DNA from: Phoronis australis
Lineage: Eukaryota; Animalia; Phoronida
DNA length: 64,000 nucleotides
NCBI GenBank assembly: GCA_002633005.1
Contig: NMRA01000033.1
Location: 339,346-403,345, forward strand
Reading direction: 5' to 3'
Position numbers and translations under genes: made by a program
In this document: piece by piece, positions 38,601-52,072 of the stretch
How the letters are laid out: each line of letters starts with the position of its first letter
Numbering within the stretch: position 1 is the stretch's first letter
Notes under the pieces: generated by a model
Told to the model about the DNA's origin: nothing
The model's database searches: none
The model's input: only the letters and a program-made list of their open reading frames with translations

Positions 38601-40327
38601 AACAAGAGCAACGAGGAGCGTTGAAATGCGCCCACGAATGCATCGCAAATGGTGTGATTTTAGGGTTATTTTTTAGTATCATAAACATGGCCACTAGATG
38701 GCGCAAAAACGTACAATCCATCCAAAAACGGGAACGTGCCATATTTCATAGAAACAAAGGAAAACAGAACAAAATGAAATTGCCCCTTGTGGGCACAGCA
38801 TCTGTTCCATCAGCCTGAAAGTCGTTGTCTGTTATCTTCATATAAATTCACTTACTAAATTTAATAAAGATCCTGCTGTGGGCGCAAAACAAAACTATCA
38901 CTAGGAGGCATCACAGTAGTCAGTCGCCATCATCAAACGTCCTCTTCACACTGAAAACATACACGCCAATTTTCAAAACCATTTCTAGAATGATTTGATT
39001 GATCGAGGGGTGGATGCCAAAAACAAGATTTGAAAACAGCAAAAAAATGGCCACCAGGTGGCGCAAAATACCTCGATTCCATAAAAAACAGGATGATAGC
39101 GTCATCTCAGCAATAGATGTCTTCAAAATTTAATGAAAATCTGTTGAGGACCTTTGAAGATACAGACTGGTAAACGTTGAAAACTAAAATTGCCACTAGG
39201 GGGCACACCAGTACTCAGATCCATCCGAAAGTCATCGTCATCCATTGTCAACATCATTAAAACACACTTGCTAAATTAAGTAAAGATCCTGCAAAAGGTT
39301 TAATAGATACTTAACATGATCGCAAAAAAACAAAACTCCCACTATGTGGCACCACAGTAGTCGAACTCGGAAAATCGTCGTCAGCCGTCCACTTCATAGT
39401 AAAAACACTCATGCAAATTTTCATAATTATCCTGAACGTGGTTTGGTTGATAGACAAGTGGACGCCAAAAAACCGACTCGAAAACAGTAAAAATGGCCAC
39501 TAAGGTAGCGCAAACTAGGTCGAATCCATCTAAAAATGGAGAGATAGCGTCATCTCATTAACAGATGCCTGTATGCCAAATTTTATGAAAATACGTTGAC
39601 GACCTTTGAACATACAGAGGTAAACGTAAAAAAATAAAATTGACACTAGGTGGCACACCAGTAGTCAGATCCGTTTGAAAGTCGTCGTCCTCCGTTGTAA
39701 GATCATATAAATACATTTACTTAATTTAGTAAAGATCCTGCAAATCATTTAGGGGATACAGCCATAGGTGCAAAAAATTTTGCCACTAAGAGGCCCCACA
39801 GTAGTCAGCCGTCCACTTTATTGTAAGAACATACATGCCAATTTTCACAATCATCCTTTGAGCGGTTTGGTTGATAGAGGGGTGGACGCAAAAAAACAGA
39901 CTTAAAAACAGTAAAAATGGCCACTAGGTGGCGCAAACTACGTCAAATCCACCTGAAACAAAGAGGTACTAGCATCATCTCACAAATAGGAGCCTATACA
40001 CAAAATTTTATGAAAATCCGTTGGAACTTTTGAAGATACAGAGGCAAACATAAAAAACTAAAATTGCCACTAGGGGGAACACCGGTAGTCGGATCCGTCT
40101 GAAAGTTCGCTCATGCTATTCCATCTGCAGATGGAACACATGTGCAAATTTTCATGAACCTACATCAAGGCGTTTTGGCGACAGAGCAGCGGACAACAGA
40201 TGGACGCCAAACTGAAGCCAGACGGACGCCAGGCGGATGCCAGACGGACGCCAGACGTACGAAAGGACAGACGGACGGAGATGATGGCATAATGCGTCCA
40301 CATATAAATATGTGCGCGCATAAAAAT
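38601..40327 (+). mobile_element. Helentron-like non-autonomous element (HINE/DINE-type) with internal ~145-bp satellite
   Basis: AACAAGAG start; 5' sub-TIR ATGCGCCCAC (38626); ~11 monomers; GACG/CCAGAC microsatellite at ~40190-40280; 3' hairpin ATGCGTCCACATAT-AA-ATATGTGCGCGCAT (40292-40321) followed by an A run. Confidence 0.8.
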
Positions 40328-40481
40328 GAATGCTTTCCCTGAACCAGTTGCTGCGACATTTGAAATTATCCACAATCCCAAAGGTCAAAGAATTCAACAG
40401 AAAATGTAGAGCGTCTTACAAGTCTTACCTGATTGGCAAAATAAAGAATCTTTATCAATTTGAATTTGGAGGGGTAAGTAG

Positions 40482-40597
40482 CATGGGCGGCGCAGCACTG
40501 AAAACAGTGGTGCACCATCCATAGACCATGGGTGCAGAAGCACTGAAAATAGTGGGGGCTATAGCCCCTCTGAGCCCCCTATGGTGCGCTGCCCATG
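40482..40597. mobile_element. 116-bp TIR MITE with 5-bp TSD
   Basis: CATGGGCGGCGCA...TGCGCTGCCCATG, flanked by AGTAG at 40477-40481 and 40598-40602. Confidence 0.8.
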
Positions 40598-41838
40598 AGT
40601 AGGCCCCATAGTGGGCGTTATTCACATACACTAACTTCCTTTCAAAATTGATATGTAAGGTGAATGAAAGCAGTTCTTTGTGAACCCTGCCCAGTTGGAT
40701 TGTGTAAATAAGCACAGCTTAACAAAAGGTTTATGGTCTTGCCTGAGAAGATAATTGTTTTACTATCCCCTATGGATTCTAAATAGTCTGAGCGCCAGTG
40801 AGAATTTTACTCATATTAGACACTCTAAGCATGTCAAACGGGCAAAAATCTATAATCCATGAAAAAAGCATGTAATCCCAGTAGAAAAGGTGCTATACCA
40901 ACGTGTAAAACGTGTAAACATTACGTGTCAAATGTGTAAAAAGCTTGTCACGCTCATGTGTAAAACATGTCAAAATATGACACGCAAATGTGGCAAATTG
41001 CCATTCTCACACGTAAAATGTGGCAAGGAGCCAAGAATGTGCCATGCCTCACCCAACTTTTCAATTTTTTGTGTGGCTGCATTACAGCTCATTATGCAAC
41101 AGTAAAACGTTTCAAGATCTGAATGACAAATGGCTAACTAAGTATGTGAAATAGAGATGTAAGCTCTGCTGCAGTGTGTACTGCCGGTAAATACTGTAGA
41201 ATCAGAGAGGGTACTGAAGTGTTCCAGGAAGTGTCCACTGAATCATATTCACATTATTTTAATGTCGCTTTCCCATGATCGAAACTCCGTCATACCAACA
41301 ATTTGCTGTAAATCCTGTGGTGGCGACATCGGAGTAGTACTTACAGGGATAAAACACCAGATGATGCAATTGATTCCCATAATACACATACATGTGTTGT
41401 ATGTGAGGACCTCTACCCTTTATCACTCTCAGTACACAGCTCCGGAGTTTACTCTACCTATTTTGAGAGCAATCGTGATGGTTGGGGAGTACGCAATTTA
41501 CGGTTACCCTCAAACCATAACTCCTCAAAAATGGGAGTTGGAAAACCGACATACAATGATCTCTGCTATTCATTCACTCTACGATACTTGTACCAGGAAT
41601 CACTGAAACAAACTTGATCCTCCACACTGCGTTGTATCTTTTATTGTATTTTCCTGTATTGATTTAGCCTGAAGTAGGGACATCCACAGCAGATGTTGCA
41701 TCTTCATTTCTCCATTATTAAGGAAACTAATAACTGCAAGTTATCACGACCTGAGTACAATCTTCAGTATTATTGTCGGCACCCATTAACTTAGTCAATC
41801 ATGGTCGGTTTCTTCACGCAGATCACGACCCAAGATAC

Positions 41839-42023
41839 CTTAATTGTGCGAGATAGAAATCAAGATGAATTTTTGTCCCACTTCTGATGGTGACATGGTT
41901 ATACTCTGGGAAGTATTTAAATGCCAGAATTTCACAAATACAGCTAATGTGATCACGCGTTCCACTCATACTGCTTGGTGGTAATCTCACATCAGATCCT
42001 TAATGTAGATTGACTGGGCTGTG
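41839..42023 (-). other. Candidate exon with strong acceptor
   Basis: Acceptor ttaacttttatttttaacag|CAC; donor AAG|gtatct. An internal ATG at 41969 opens 43 codons (MSGTRDHISC...YLAQL) ending in phase 2. Confidence 0.3.
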
Positions 42024-45000
42024 CTGTTAAAAATAAAAGTTAAATTATAACATATTTGAACATTTCTGAATTTCTCGTCAAATGCTGATCATGTTTAGTT
42101 TTTGAATCACCAAAATCGCCCAACTACAACGGAGGTTAAGACAATCTATTCTGTCCGAAGGCATTACCAATGCACTGTGGGTTTGACTGTGTTCATACGC
42201 AGTGGGTAATAGGGTGTAACCACCACACGTTTCATAACTATTACATCCATGACACAGATAGATAATTCTTGTACTTGATTCAATAAGTTGTTTTTAGCAG
42301 TACGTATATGCTATTGTAATAAAGATATTACGCCTCATGTTGTTACGCGCATTAAATCATCGTCACAAAGCTAAGGTCACGTGGTTCCTCTATGGGCAGA
42401 ACATTACAACGTATTTAAATGCGATGAGTAATGTTCAGTTTTGTTGATTCAGTTTTCGGGAGTCAATCGGCATCTCAACATTTTTAGTGTACATGCTTTC
42501 TCAAATTAAGTTTTAACAACAGAATGTGTAATTTTGACTATTGGTTCTCACAACGAGTACCAAAATTCTGAAGTCATGAAACGAGGTCGATCATTTGAGT
42601 TTATGTAAAATGGTACACAAACAAGACTTTGAAGAGTTAAGAAAAATGAATCACTTGTATGTAAAATTGCAGAAGATTCAGTACTGGTTACCACCGAATT
42701 CGAAAAATGTCATTCTCATAAAAACGTAGGCGTTCACGCTCATTGGGTCAGCTGTGCCGAACATGTAGCTTTATTAATGAAACGGACTGCTAGGATCCAT
42801 TCCTCGGTGACGCATATCTTTTTGGTAAATCCAGAACGAGTGATCAAAACTTCTTCCAAAACAAGCGGGTGGAGCGGCTTTACTGAATAAACCCGCTCGA
42901 GAGCTCCTCGACTTCTCGGAGTAATAACGCTTGCTGGTGTCCACTCCAAAATGAAGCTAAATCTTTTATGGAACAAGTCCCTGTCAATGCCAATAAAATG
43001 CTTATTGACAAACGGAGAAAACACCACACCTCGACACCTCGGTTACCTTTGTTTATTCATTGTTGATGAAAACCTCTACCCGGTGTCCAAATTAGTTCTG
43101 CCAGGTTTCAGTAACCCTTTGAAGACTGGGAGATAATTGGCCTGCATGTTGTCATACGGGACAAAAAACTGCTGGGCAATTAACAAAGGAGTAGGAGCCA
43201 GGTGTTACCACACCCTGACAACCTCTCACATCTGGTCACTGAACGGGGAGAAAACGTTGTAATGTGACACTAACACGTTGATGTCTTCTTGCATATATTA
43301 GCAAAGATTTTCTTCCATTTACATCATGCTCACTTTTTGTTATTTCTATAGTGTATAGTTGTAAAATTCTTCATACATTCAACATTGAGATTGATGCCTA
43401 AAAAGAAGTTGGCACATTCACCTAACTTCATTTACCTTGAAAAAGTGAGCAATGAAAAGTACACTGGTAAGAACTATTACACCCACATTTGTTAAGTTTA
43501 AATGGTCGATGTGTACATTTTGTACAATCAAACATAGAATTCTAATTTTTGATGTAAAATAGCTGGATTTTATCGTGTTAGCTTCAACAGAAAGGTGTTA
43601 AACGAGAAAGGACATATGGTAAAAATGTTTCAGTATGGGACAACGAGCTTGGAAGACAACTGAAATTTCATTTTGACAATTTTCTCAACAAAAAAAATCT
43701 TTTCAGAAAACTATACTTTTTTGCTTCTGCATGCTTGTATTGCATATCTGTTACCAAATAACATTTGATACCAGTACTTGCAGCAGTGTAGCAAGAGCAG
43801 GAAAAATACAACAAAGGCATTCAGCAAATTGCATTTGTTCACAAGTTGAAGGTTTAATTGACTGTAGTTCATAAAGTGTTATACGCTGAACGTTGAGAAG
43901 AGGTTCAAGGATGCCTTTGAGCTAAGCTTGCATTTCGTTCTTTTAGCGGTCAATGTTGTATTTCTTAATTGAAGCACTTTAGGATTAAATCTATTACCAA
44001 GCTCATCAGAACTCGAATTAACTGCCAAGTCATAGTAAATGAGTACCTGAGTCGTTTTAAGATTGTCATAAATTCTGGAGCCATCCCGGGCATGTCCATT
44101 CAGACTCCATAGGGGATAATAAAACAATTATCTTCTTAGCCAGGACCATAAACCCTTTAATTAGTTATACAGACCAACTGGGACAGTTATATTACTGAAG
44201 AATAGGATTCACACAGAAATGCTTTCAATTACATTGCATGTCAATTTCAAAAGGCCTATTGTTTCTGAATGACACCCATGATTTAATCCTCAATTATATT
44301 TTAAACATCTATACTGTATGAACCACTTTAAAATGGAATAAATTTGTAACGTTTATTTCTGTTCAGAAATTCAACTAAAAAAAAAATGTATGCCATATTG
44401 GGAAAAATATTTTTTGGCAAATTCTCAACAAAAATTATTTACAAGAAATTTTACTATGTTGTTAGCATATTTAACTGCTTAAAATCACCAATTTCATATC
44501 AAAACACCACAAAATCAACCTCAAGTCGATCAGCTGACAAACTGCTCATAAACACTATCTGGCGATAACTTAATTAGCTGAACTCGATTTACAAGAATTT
44601 TATGGCTGGTACATACTACATAGAATGGGCAACCAATCAGAGCATTAGTAGACCTCAATTGTGTTCATTGTCATCAGATGTTGTTGCTCGTTTTCCCATG
44701 GTGGTATAATAACGAATGATAAAGTCTTGGGTTTGTGGTGGTTGTGACAACTCAGTATTTAAACATACTTTGGCTCTTTTCTATTTCATGTGGGACATTA
44801 GAGAAACTCGTGTATAAATGGTGGACATGATAAACTGATGCTGGGTGAGTTCATACTCATGTCCGTGGAGCTAAGAAACTTTCAATAATTAAAAGTTGCT
44901 TTTCTCGTTTTTGGGATATTGAATTCACAGTTCTAATATGCAGAGCTATAAAGGAAGGTTTAGTGATGCTGACAATGAAGTCACATGTCAAAATGAGGAA

Positions 45001-47820
45001 AATGCTGCTTTCGAGCAGATTAAATATAATTGTGTACCCATGAACGTAGGTTGTGTGCAGAATCGGCACACATTATGCATACGTTACGTATGCACATACG
45101 TTACGTATGCATAAGATGGTATTTTCGTAAGACTGACGCAGGGTAACATTCCGTAGAGTTAAGGCATGGTATACAGTAGCATAGTACTCCACCAAATGTT
45201 ACATAGACTTTCATAAAAACTACTTTTTGTGTACGGTGCTCCGCGTCGATAGTTCTTAAAAAATTAAAACTTCGTATTTTTGGTGCTCATCTCGTGAACC
45301 CATTTGCTACATAGACCAGAGCTGAAACAGCATGAGACACTGTAAACTTGGCGTACTGGCTACAAATCCCCAACAGGTATGAGTACTATGTCTTTTCTTC
45401 ACAAATAATTAACACTAGTATATGAAATGAAGCTTTAGATGGGAATAAAAATACAACCGCACATATGCATGTTTTATGTAGTCCTCGAGATGGAAATAAA
45501 GACTGTTGTGGAAATATGGAGCTGTCAGATCAATGTCATAATGTACCATATGCGGAAGACATAACTACCATGCAACAACGATGTCGTTCACAAAAACACG
45601 AGACAACGAATGCCAAGTGACGGATGCTCTGTTTAAACCAAACCAGTAGTTATTTCAGTTCAAAGGCAAGACACTCACTTACTGGAAAAACTCCAAGAGA
45701 CTGAGAATTTACAACTGCTACTTGAATACAGCATATTGGATTTAGCACGCCAACTACAAATTTTGTGTGATCTTAACTTCTTTCCTAGACATCAAAGTCA
45801 GATGACGTGGACTATGCCATCTTTAATTAGCGTGGTAACTTCAGTCGTTTTAAATTTGAATCCATCAGTTTTAAATAGTCCCTACTGGTCACAAAAGAAG
45901 AAGAGCAATAAAACACATCTCAGTCAGCGTTCTTTTATGTCTTTGTTTGACAAGATACTCACCATTAAACAACTTTAAATGCAGGTTCACAATTACCAAG
46001 GTTTAGTACATTGCCATTACCTTGAAGCAATTAATAAACTTTTCAGCAACCGTCAATTTGCCATGAGTAAAAATACAGTTAGTCTACTCATTCATCCCAT
46101 TTTAAACACTGGCACCAAACGAAAAGATCAACAAAGTTGGACAGAATTTAACCAATCAGTAAACACGAAAAATGACAGCTAATTCCATCTTGTGCACACC
46201 TTTTCGAGAAATATTTAACAAAGAACACCATTACTAAACCAAACTACAGTCACAGATATGATGTAACAGTCGACAGACGATTCAAAATAGCTGTTACACT
46301 AATCAAGAGGTGCTACTCTTGAAGTTTAACGATCCAACTCAGTGACAGGATCAATGAGCTTAAATAAGATAATTGGGACTTCGTTATGAAAAATTCAAAA
46401 CGGATACAAATTAAAACCTAACAACAATTCCAAACTGTCAATGGCTGGGGCTTCATGCAATTGTTTCAATTCCTCAGGGATACTTGAGTCAAATATTTAT
46501 TAGATGATTCCATTTTAATGTCGAATCCATTAAACTAACACTAATTGCTATTTAGCGTGGTATCAGTACAAGTATCAATTACTTCGGGTTATATGCCACG
46601 ATTTATTCATACAAATTTAATGTCATTGGCAGCATAGAATATAAAGACAGCAGAAGAAACATGGCGCAATTTTGATAATTTTCTTTAGAACCCAATCCAT
46701 GATGCCAAAATGTCACCGGTGTGTGTTACGTGTTAATAATGAGCGGCAAAAAGCTTAGTCTCAACCTTGAAATTCACACTAACCATCCTCCAGTGAGACA
46801 AAATGAAAAATTGTTTTGCACATGTTCAAAATTTGCATCAAACTTTAGAAATGGTGATGTGGGCTGACCCAAATTAAAAAATTACAATCAACAACAAACA
46901 ATCATTTACCTTGGCTATTCAGCATGATAACGCATGAAAACGCTGCGAGGGTAACCACTTTTAATGATTTTTATGAACTGCAAAGTCTAAATTCAGGCCC
47001 TGTTCATATAAAACGCAGTGTCCAATATTTGAAAAATTTAATGAACAGCAAAATCCCCCATGTCCAATGTTCATGTCAAGAAAATTCAATTTTGATTTGA
47101 ATTTCAGTGTCCCAAATTTTTAAGAATGCGCAAACAGTAGAATTTTACCAGATGTCACCAGATCATATGTGCGTATTATGTGAACCAGCGTGTATTTCAA
47201 TTTATTTTACAATGCCTTATTGAAGTAATTTGTGAGAAGCTTGATTACACGGAATGACCAATCGTCAAACAGAGCAATACAGTCCTCTCTAAAAAAATCC
47301 ATTCACACCCCCTTCTACAAATCCTGTCCATCTAACTGCAAACAGTCCCTACCTGATTGGTAACTCCTCAAATTGCGACGCATGATTCCAATGTCCAGCC
47401 CGGCGGCCTCTTGAGGAAATCAATGAGCCTTTTGCGAGTTCCCACTATTAATGTCAAGAATCAAAATCGGCTTCAGTGCTTATCCTTATTCAAATACACT
47501 CCGTGTCTCCCAGGTCTAATCCTAATGAAGGCTGGTAATCCAGTTAGCTGCTGGCGTATCATCTGATGAAAGTATTCGGGCAATTCCGCTAATAACATAT
47601 TTATACGACTCCTTACTACAACTGCTCTCAGTAAACCTATGAACAGGTTGACCACAGTTTCACCACTTCAGAAACTTAAAGGTAACATGAAACTACTGCT
47701 CGTTTTTGCATAATGTCATAGCAACCAACATAAAGTGTAGGTAATGATTTTGTAAATTTTAGTGGGTTGTCACAGTTAAAAAGTGTAGTAATCAAATACA
47801 CGAATGAGACTCAATCTACA

Positions 47821-48065
47821 GTTGACCATTAGGAAACATATACTTATTGAGTAGCCTGTAACCATGGCAACATGCAGTCATTAGCTTATTACCCTGACAA
47901 TCAAGCTTGACTTAACATTAGAATCACATCCATACTCCATGCCAACTATTTGCCGAATTCCCCACAGCACATCACGTAGTACAAACTACGTCGATTCCCA
48001 GTAAATTAATTTTCCGCATTGTACTTAATGTGGGCAGGTCCGTTGGCCACTGTAACCATGGCAAC
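47821..48065. promoter_or_regulatory. RFX X-box cluster
   Basis: Identical GTAACCATGGCAAC at 47858-47871 and 48052-48065; degenerate sites at 47821 and ~47715. Confidence 0.55.
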
Positions 48066-49721
48066 GGGAGTTGAAAACTGCGAGAACAGTACACGACGAG
48101 GGATATAAACTTGCAGAAATTGCAGTAATAGCAACACCTGCTTGAGTCTAGACAAATAACAACTTGCACACAGGTGCTCTACTGCCAAACAAATTAATAG
48201 AAATGTTAGACACGCGGTACATCATGTAAAGTACAAGCAGAAGTAATCATACAAAATGAGCCGAGATTCTCCATCGTGAGGGGTTGGCAGAAGCCAAATT
48301 CATCATCACAGTACGGTCTTCCCATAAGATCGAGAACGAAGAGGAACAAACAGGAAACTTACTAAGGTACCTAAGTCATTCTGTAATTAGAATTTTGCCA
48401 CCCTTATAGTTATTAATAAGTCATTTTTGTTGTTAACAAAAGCAGTCAACAGGACTGGGAGATGGTTTTGATCTCATTTGTCTTGTACTGTTTAAAGAAG
48501 ACTATGATAAGTACCTGAATTGCCTAAAAGGTAATAAGCTTTAAACAAATTTTAACCTTACAAGCATATTTCTGTTTTAAACTTGTGAAACCTGAAGGAA
48601 AGTCAAGAAATGAAAAGTTTTTACTTATTTCAAACACGCTTATAACAAATAGTTACATTTATCTCACGGACTTAGGACACTGCATGGCGAACAATTGAAA
48701 TTTAATTTTTTGATTCTTTTCATGTCAGGAATATAGAACAAAATTAATACTTTTCCATTTTCAAGTTCTGCACCACTAGCTGTGAGTCAGACCAGAGTGC
48801 TGTATTGGTAAAATAAGAGGTAAGTAGTGGCCCAAAGCCCACCGTACCACCGTGAGCACTGAACGTAACTTACAGTACGTAGGCGCTACATTCAAATAAC
48901 AAAAGGTGGTTGGCTGTGCCTACGTACGCCTCCGTGTGTCTACGTGCGCCTACGCCCACTACAGCACTGCGTCTGACAATGTTTTGAAAAACTGTGGGCA
49001 CTTTCCAAGTTAGAGCCCCATGAAAAAATGAATGAATAGCAATTATTTTTACACAAACTGGTGAGATTTTACCGTATAAGCATTTTGGTGTTTCTTGCTT
49101 CAAAGTCTGAGGGGCAAAACAGGTAATACCACAAGCATTTTCGTTTGTCCCTTCATTTGCGCTAAATCGGAACTCTGGCTAAGAGTTTTTAAAGGAACTC
49201 CACACTGTTGACTCACTGCCCCTATAACCAGCGGTAGTACAGCACATTGCTTAGCTACTTTAAAAGCGCATCAAACTGTAAAAGAAAATTTAGCAATCTA
49301 AAAGAATGCTCACTGCAAGTCTTGTAAAAAACAAAACATGGTGTGCGTGACTGTGAGTAACTAATATTTCAGTCAGACACTAACTAGCCATGCTAATACA
49401 ATCAAATGTCATTCGACAATTGAATAATGGATAAATCTTCATAACACGTCCTAGACAATTACTTATGACAAAAATGACAGACATTTTACAAGGGCTCACC
49501 TTTCAAAACAATTAGTCTCATCTCTTACATTTTGTTAGCAGACGCATATATTGGAATCTGAGTCACACTTGAGAGTTTAAGACACCACAGGAATACACTA
49601 TAAGCGAACACAAGAAAAATCAAGAAGAGCCAATACTTTGGCAAGTGGGTAAGGAGAAATGAACTGCTGATGCCTGCCTCAAAACAATGTGGGAATTGGC
49701 CATGTGGAAAAGAAGTTCGCT

Positions 49722-50060
49722 CATGCAGGACCCCAGAAAAATATCCAAATTTGGCTAAATTCGAAACCTTATCTCAGAAATGGCTGGTCGCATTCTTTTT
49801 AAACTTTCAGCTACTATGTTCTCCAACCGTATGTTAGCAATTGTTTTCAAAAAGTTAGTTTTGAGGGGGGGGCTACCAAAAATAGGACTTTGATGATTTT
49901 TATGAAAAAAATCAAAAGTTGCGTAAACTAAAACAAATTTGGAAATCTATAAAAACATTTTTGAGATTTCATCTTGAACACCTATCTCAAACAAAATTTG
50001 GTCATGTGATTGTTACGGTGGTTTTTGCTATGAACGTCTACTTTTTTTGTTAAATTCTCA
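49722..50060. mobile_element. Kolobok-like MITE family B, partial copy
   Basis: ATGCAGGACCCC...CCAAATTTGGCTAAATTCGAAACCTTATCTCAGAAATGGCTGG and ATGAAAAAAATCAAAAGTTGC, shared with the other family B copies. Confidence 0.7.
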
Positions 50061-51640
50061 TGACAGCGTTCTGTCATTCAGCAACTTTTCCAGACTGTTT
50101 CGATGATTTCAAGCAATCCTGATTCTGTCAACTGCTAATGCATCATTGGCGTCAACCTTCCAAGTTAATGGCAGGAATCAACCAAAAACTCATACTCCCG
50201 GTGTCACAGATTGGGCATTTAGATCGTTGGTGGGTGGCCTTTTCTCACAGTTGCCATGTAATTCCTGAAAGCATAATAGGTCAGGCTTGCCCTTTCGGAG
50301 ACTTAGAAATGAGTTTTCAAGTTTTTGAGGGTTGTCAAGGGTTACCGAGCATTATTTTGTTTCAGAGAACATGACGAGGAAATTGTTTTTAGTATCTGTT
50401 AATAGGCCAAAACTGGGTTTGGTATGCTTTTAAACCCAAACTGGCAGGGATTTTGTTCTACGACTGATGTTTTTACAAAATCCAGTGAATTGTTTAGACA
50501 ATATATTCTTAGATTGTGTTGAGAACATAAGTTACTATTCACTGGACCAGTCTTTGTAGGGTCCTTATGGTTCTATCCCAAAGGTTGCCTCTTCCACTTC
50601 AGATTTGGATCTTTTTGGTCAAAAGTCCGACTTACACCTGCGGCAACTTCAGCGTTTCATTAACGAAAAGTTTTAAGTCTTTGTCATAACTTAAATTATA
50701 CTTTAAACCTGTTGTAAGTTCAAGAAAAAGCTACAAATATGGCTATATACTATTAGGAAAAATTGAACACGGATAAACACTGGAAAATCTCAGGAAACCA
50801 TCAGCGACTCAAAAAACGTGCTTCAGATTTTACTGGGGTTGGCCAACCCTAAAATTGTGACCGCAGTTGGTCAGGGAGAGGGAAGATAATCCCATCGTGC
50901 AAAGGAATTTTACAAGACCAGTTTTAAGAGAGTAAACCGCTTAATTCTATTTTTGATTTGTAGCCAGCTCTGCGCAAGATGAAATGCAGCTTACAGCATC
51001 AGCTATATCGACATGACAAACCCAAAGTACTTTGTCATCTATCAATTTGAACAGATTGTGATGCATCACTACTGCCAAGTCCAAATTCTGGGAGTTGCCA
51101 AGGGAATGAATTCCTGAAATCCCACTCGTCCAAGCACCCGGATTTCCAATAAACCGACAACCAGAAACATGAATGATTTTTTGCAACAAAAAGCGACTGG
51201 TGATGTTAAGGAACGTTCAGTGTATTGTTAACATCTGAGTGTAAATATCAAAACCTGTTATCTAAAAAAACTATCCAAGTGTTCTTTCCTTCTTGCCCAG
51301 CTTATTTAGCCAACGCACAAGAGATAAAAAAATGAAAAAGAAAAACACATGAGAAAGGTAATGGGCAAACATTTTTGACAAGTATTTTTTGTATCACAAT
51401 ATTCCTTGCCATTTCTGTGAAAAAATATCAAATTACTAAACGCTTAACAAAATTTACAAAATTCACTGTCTACAGTAATATGTTTCCATAGTGATCCTGA
51501 TCAATCATTGTTAATATCTGAGAGAAATAACAGCATTAAATCAGATCATTATTTTCACTCAGCAAAATGATGCGATTAAGTTTATCCCATCATTAAAAGT
51601 GACTGAAGCTGTCAATTAAACTGCAGTGTCATCTGGTGAG

Positions 51641-52072
51641 AACAAGAGCAATGCAGAGCCCTGAAATGCTACCACCGTGTGCATCACAAAGGGTAAAATA
51701 AGAGGGTCATTCTTAAAATTTTTTTTCCACAGAAGACAGATTCGGCAAAAAATGAACATCAGTTGATCTCCCCTTATTAGGACAGCTCATGTTTCACAAA
51801 ATTCATCTAAAATGAAACACACACAGGGGAACTCCATCAAGGCCAAGAATTCCTCATTAAAGGAACAGTTACTACCATTGCATAGATGGCTCCCGGGGGG
51901 TCAAGGGGGGTCTGGACCCCCTTTATTCCCTTGATTTTAGTGATGTCACATCTACAATTTTCAAATTGTTGACTTAGACACCTCTTTTTAAAAAATCCTT
52001 GATCCGACCACCTTTTAAATAATGCGTCCACATATAAATATGTGGGCGCATAAAAATCCTGGATCCGCCCCT
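51641..52072. mobile_element. Composite of a Helentron-like element and a hAT-like MITE end
   Basis: AACAAGAGCAA start; at 52021-52057 the same terminal hairpin as 40292 (1 mismatch); then CCTGGATCCGCCCCTG, the reverse complement of a CAGGGGCGGATCCAGG-type TIR. Confidence 0.6.

Noticed and set aside
42338-43215. Solo LTR (TGTTG...CAACA, 42338-42480) and adjacent Gypsy-like ORF 42740..43027
   Set aside because: No TSD, PBS or second LTR, and no diagnostic integrase or RT residues.
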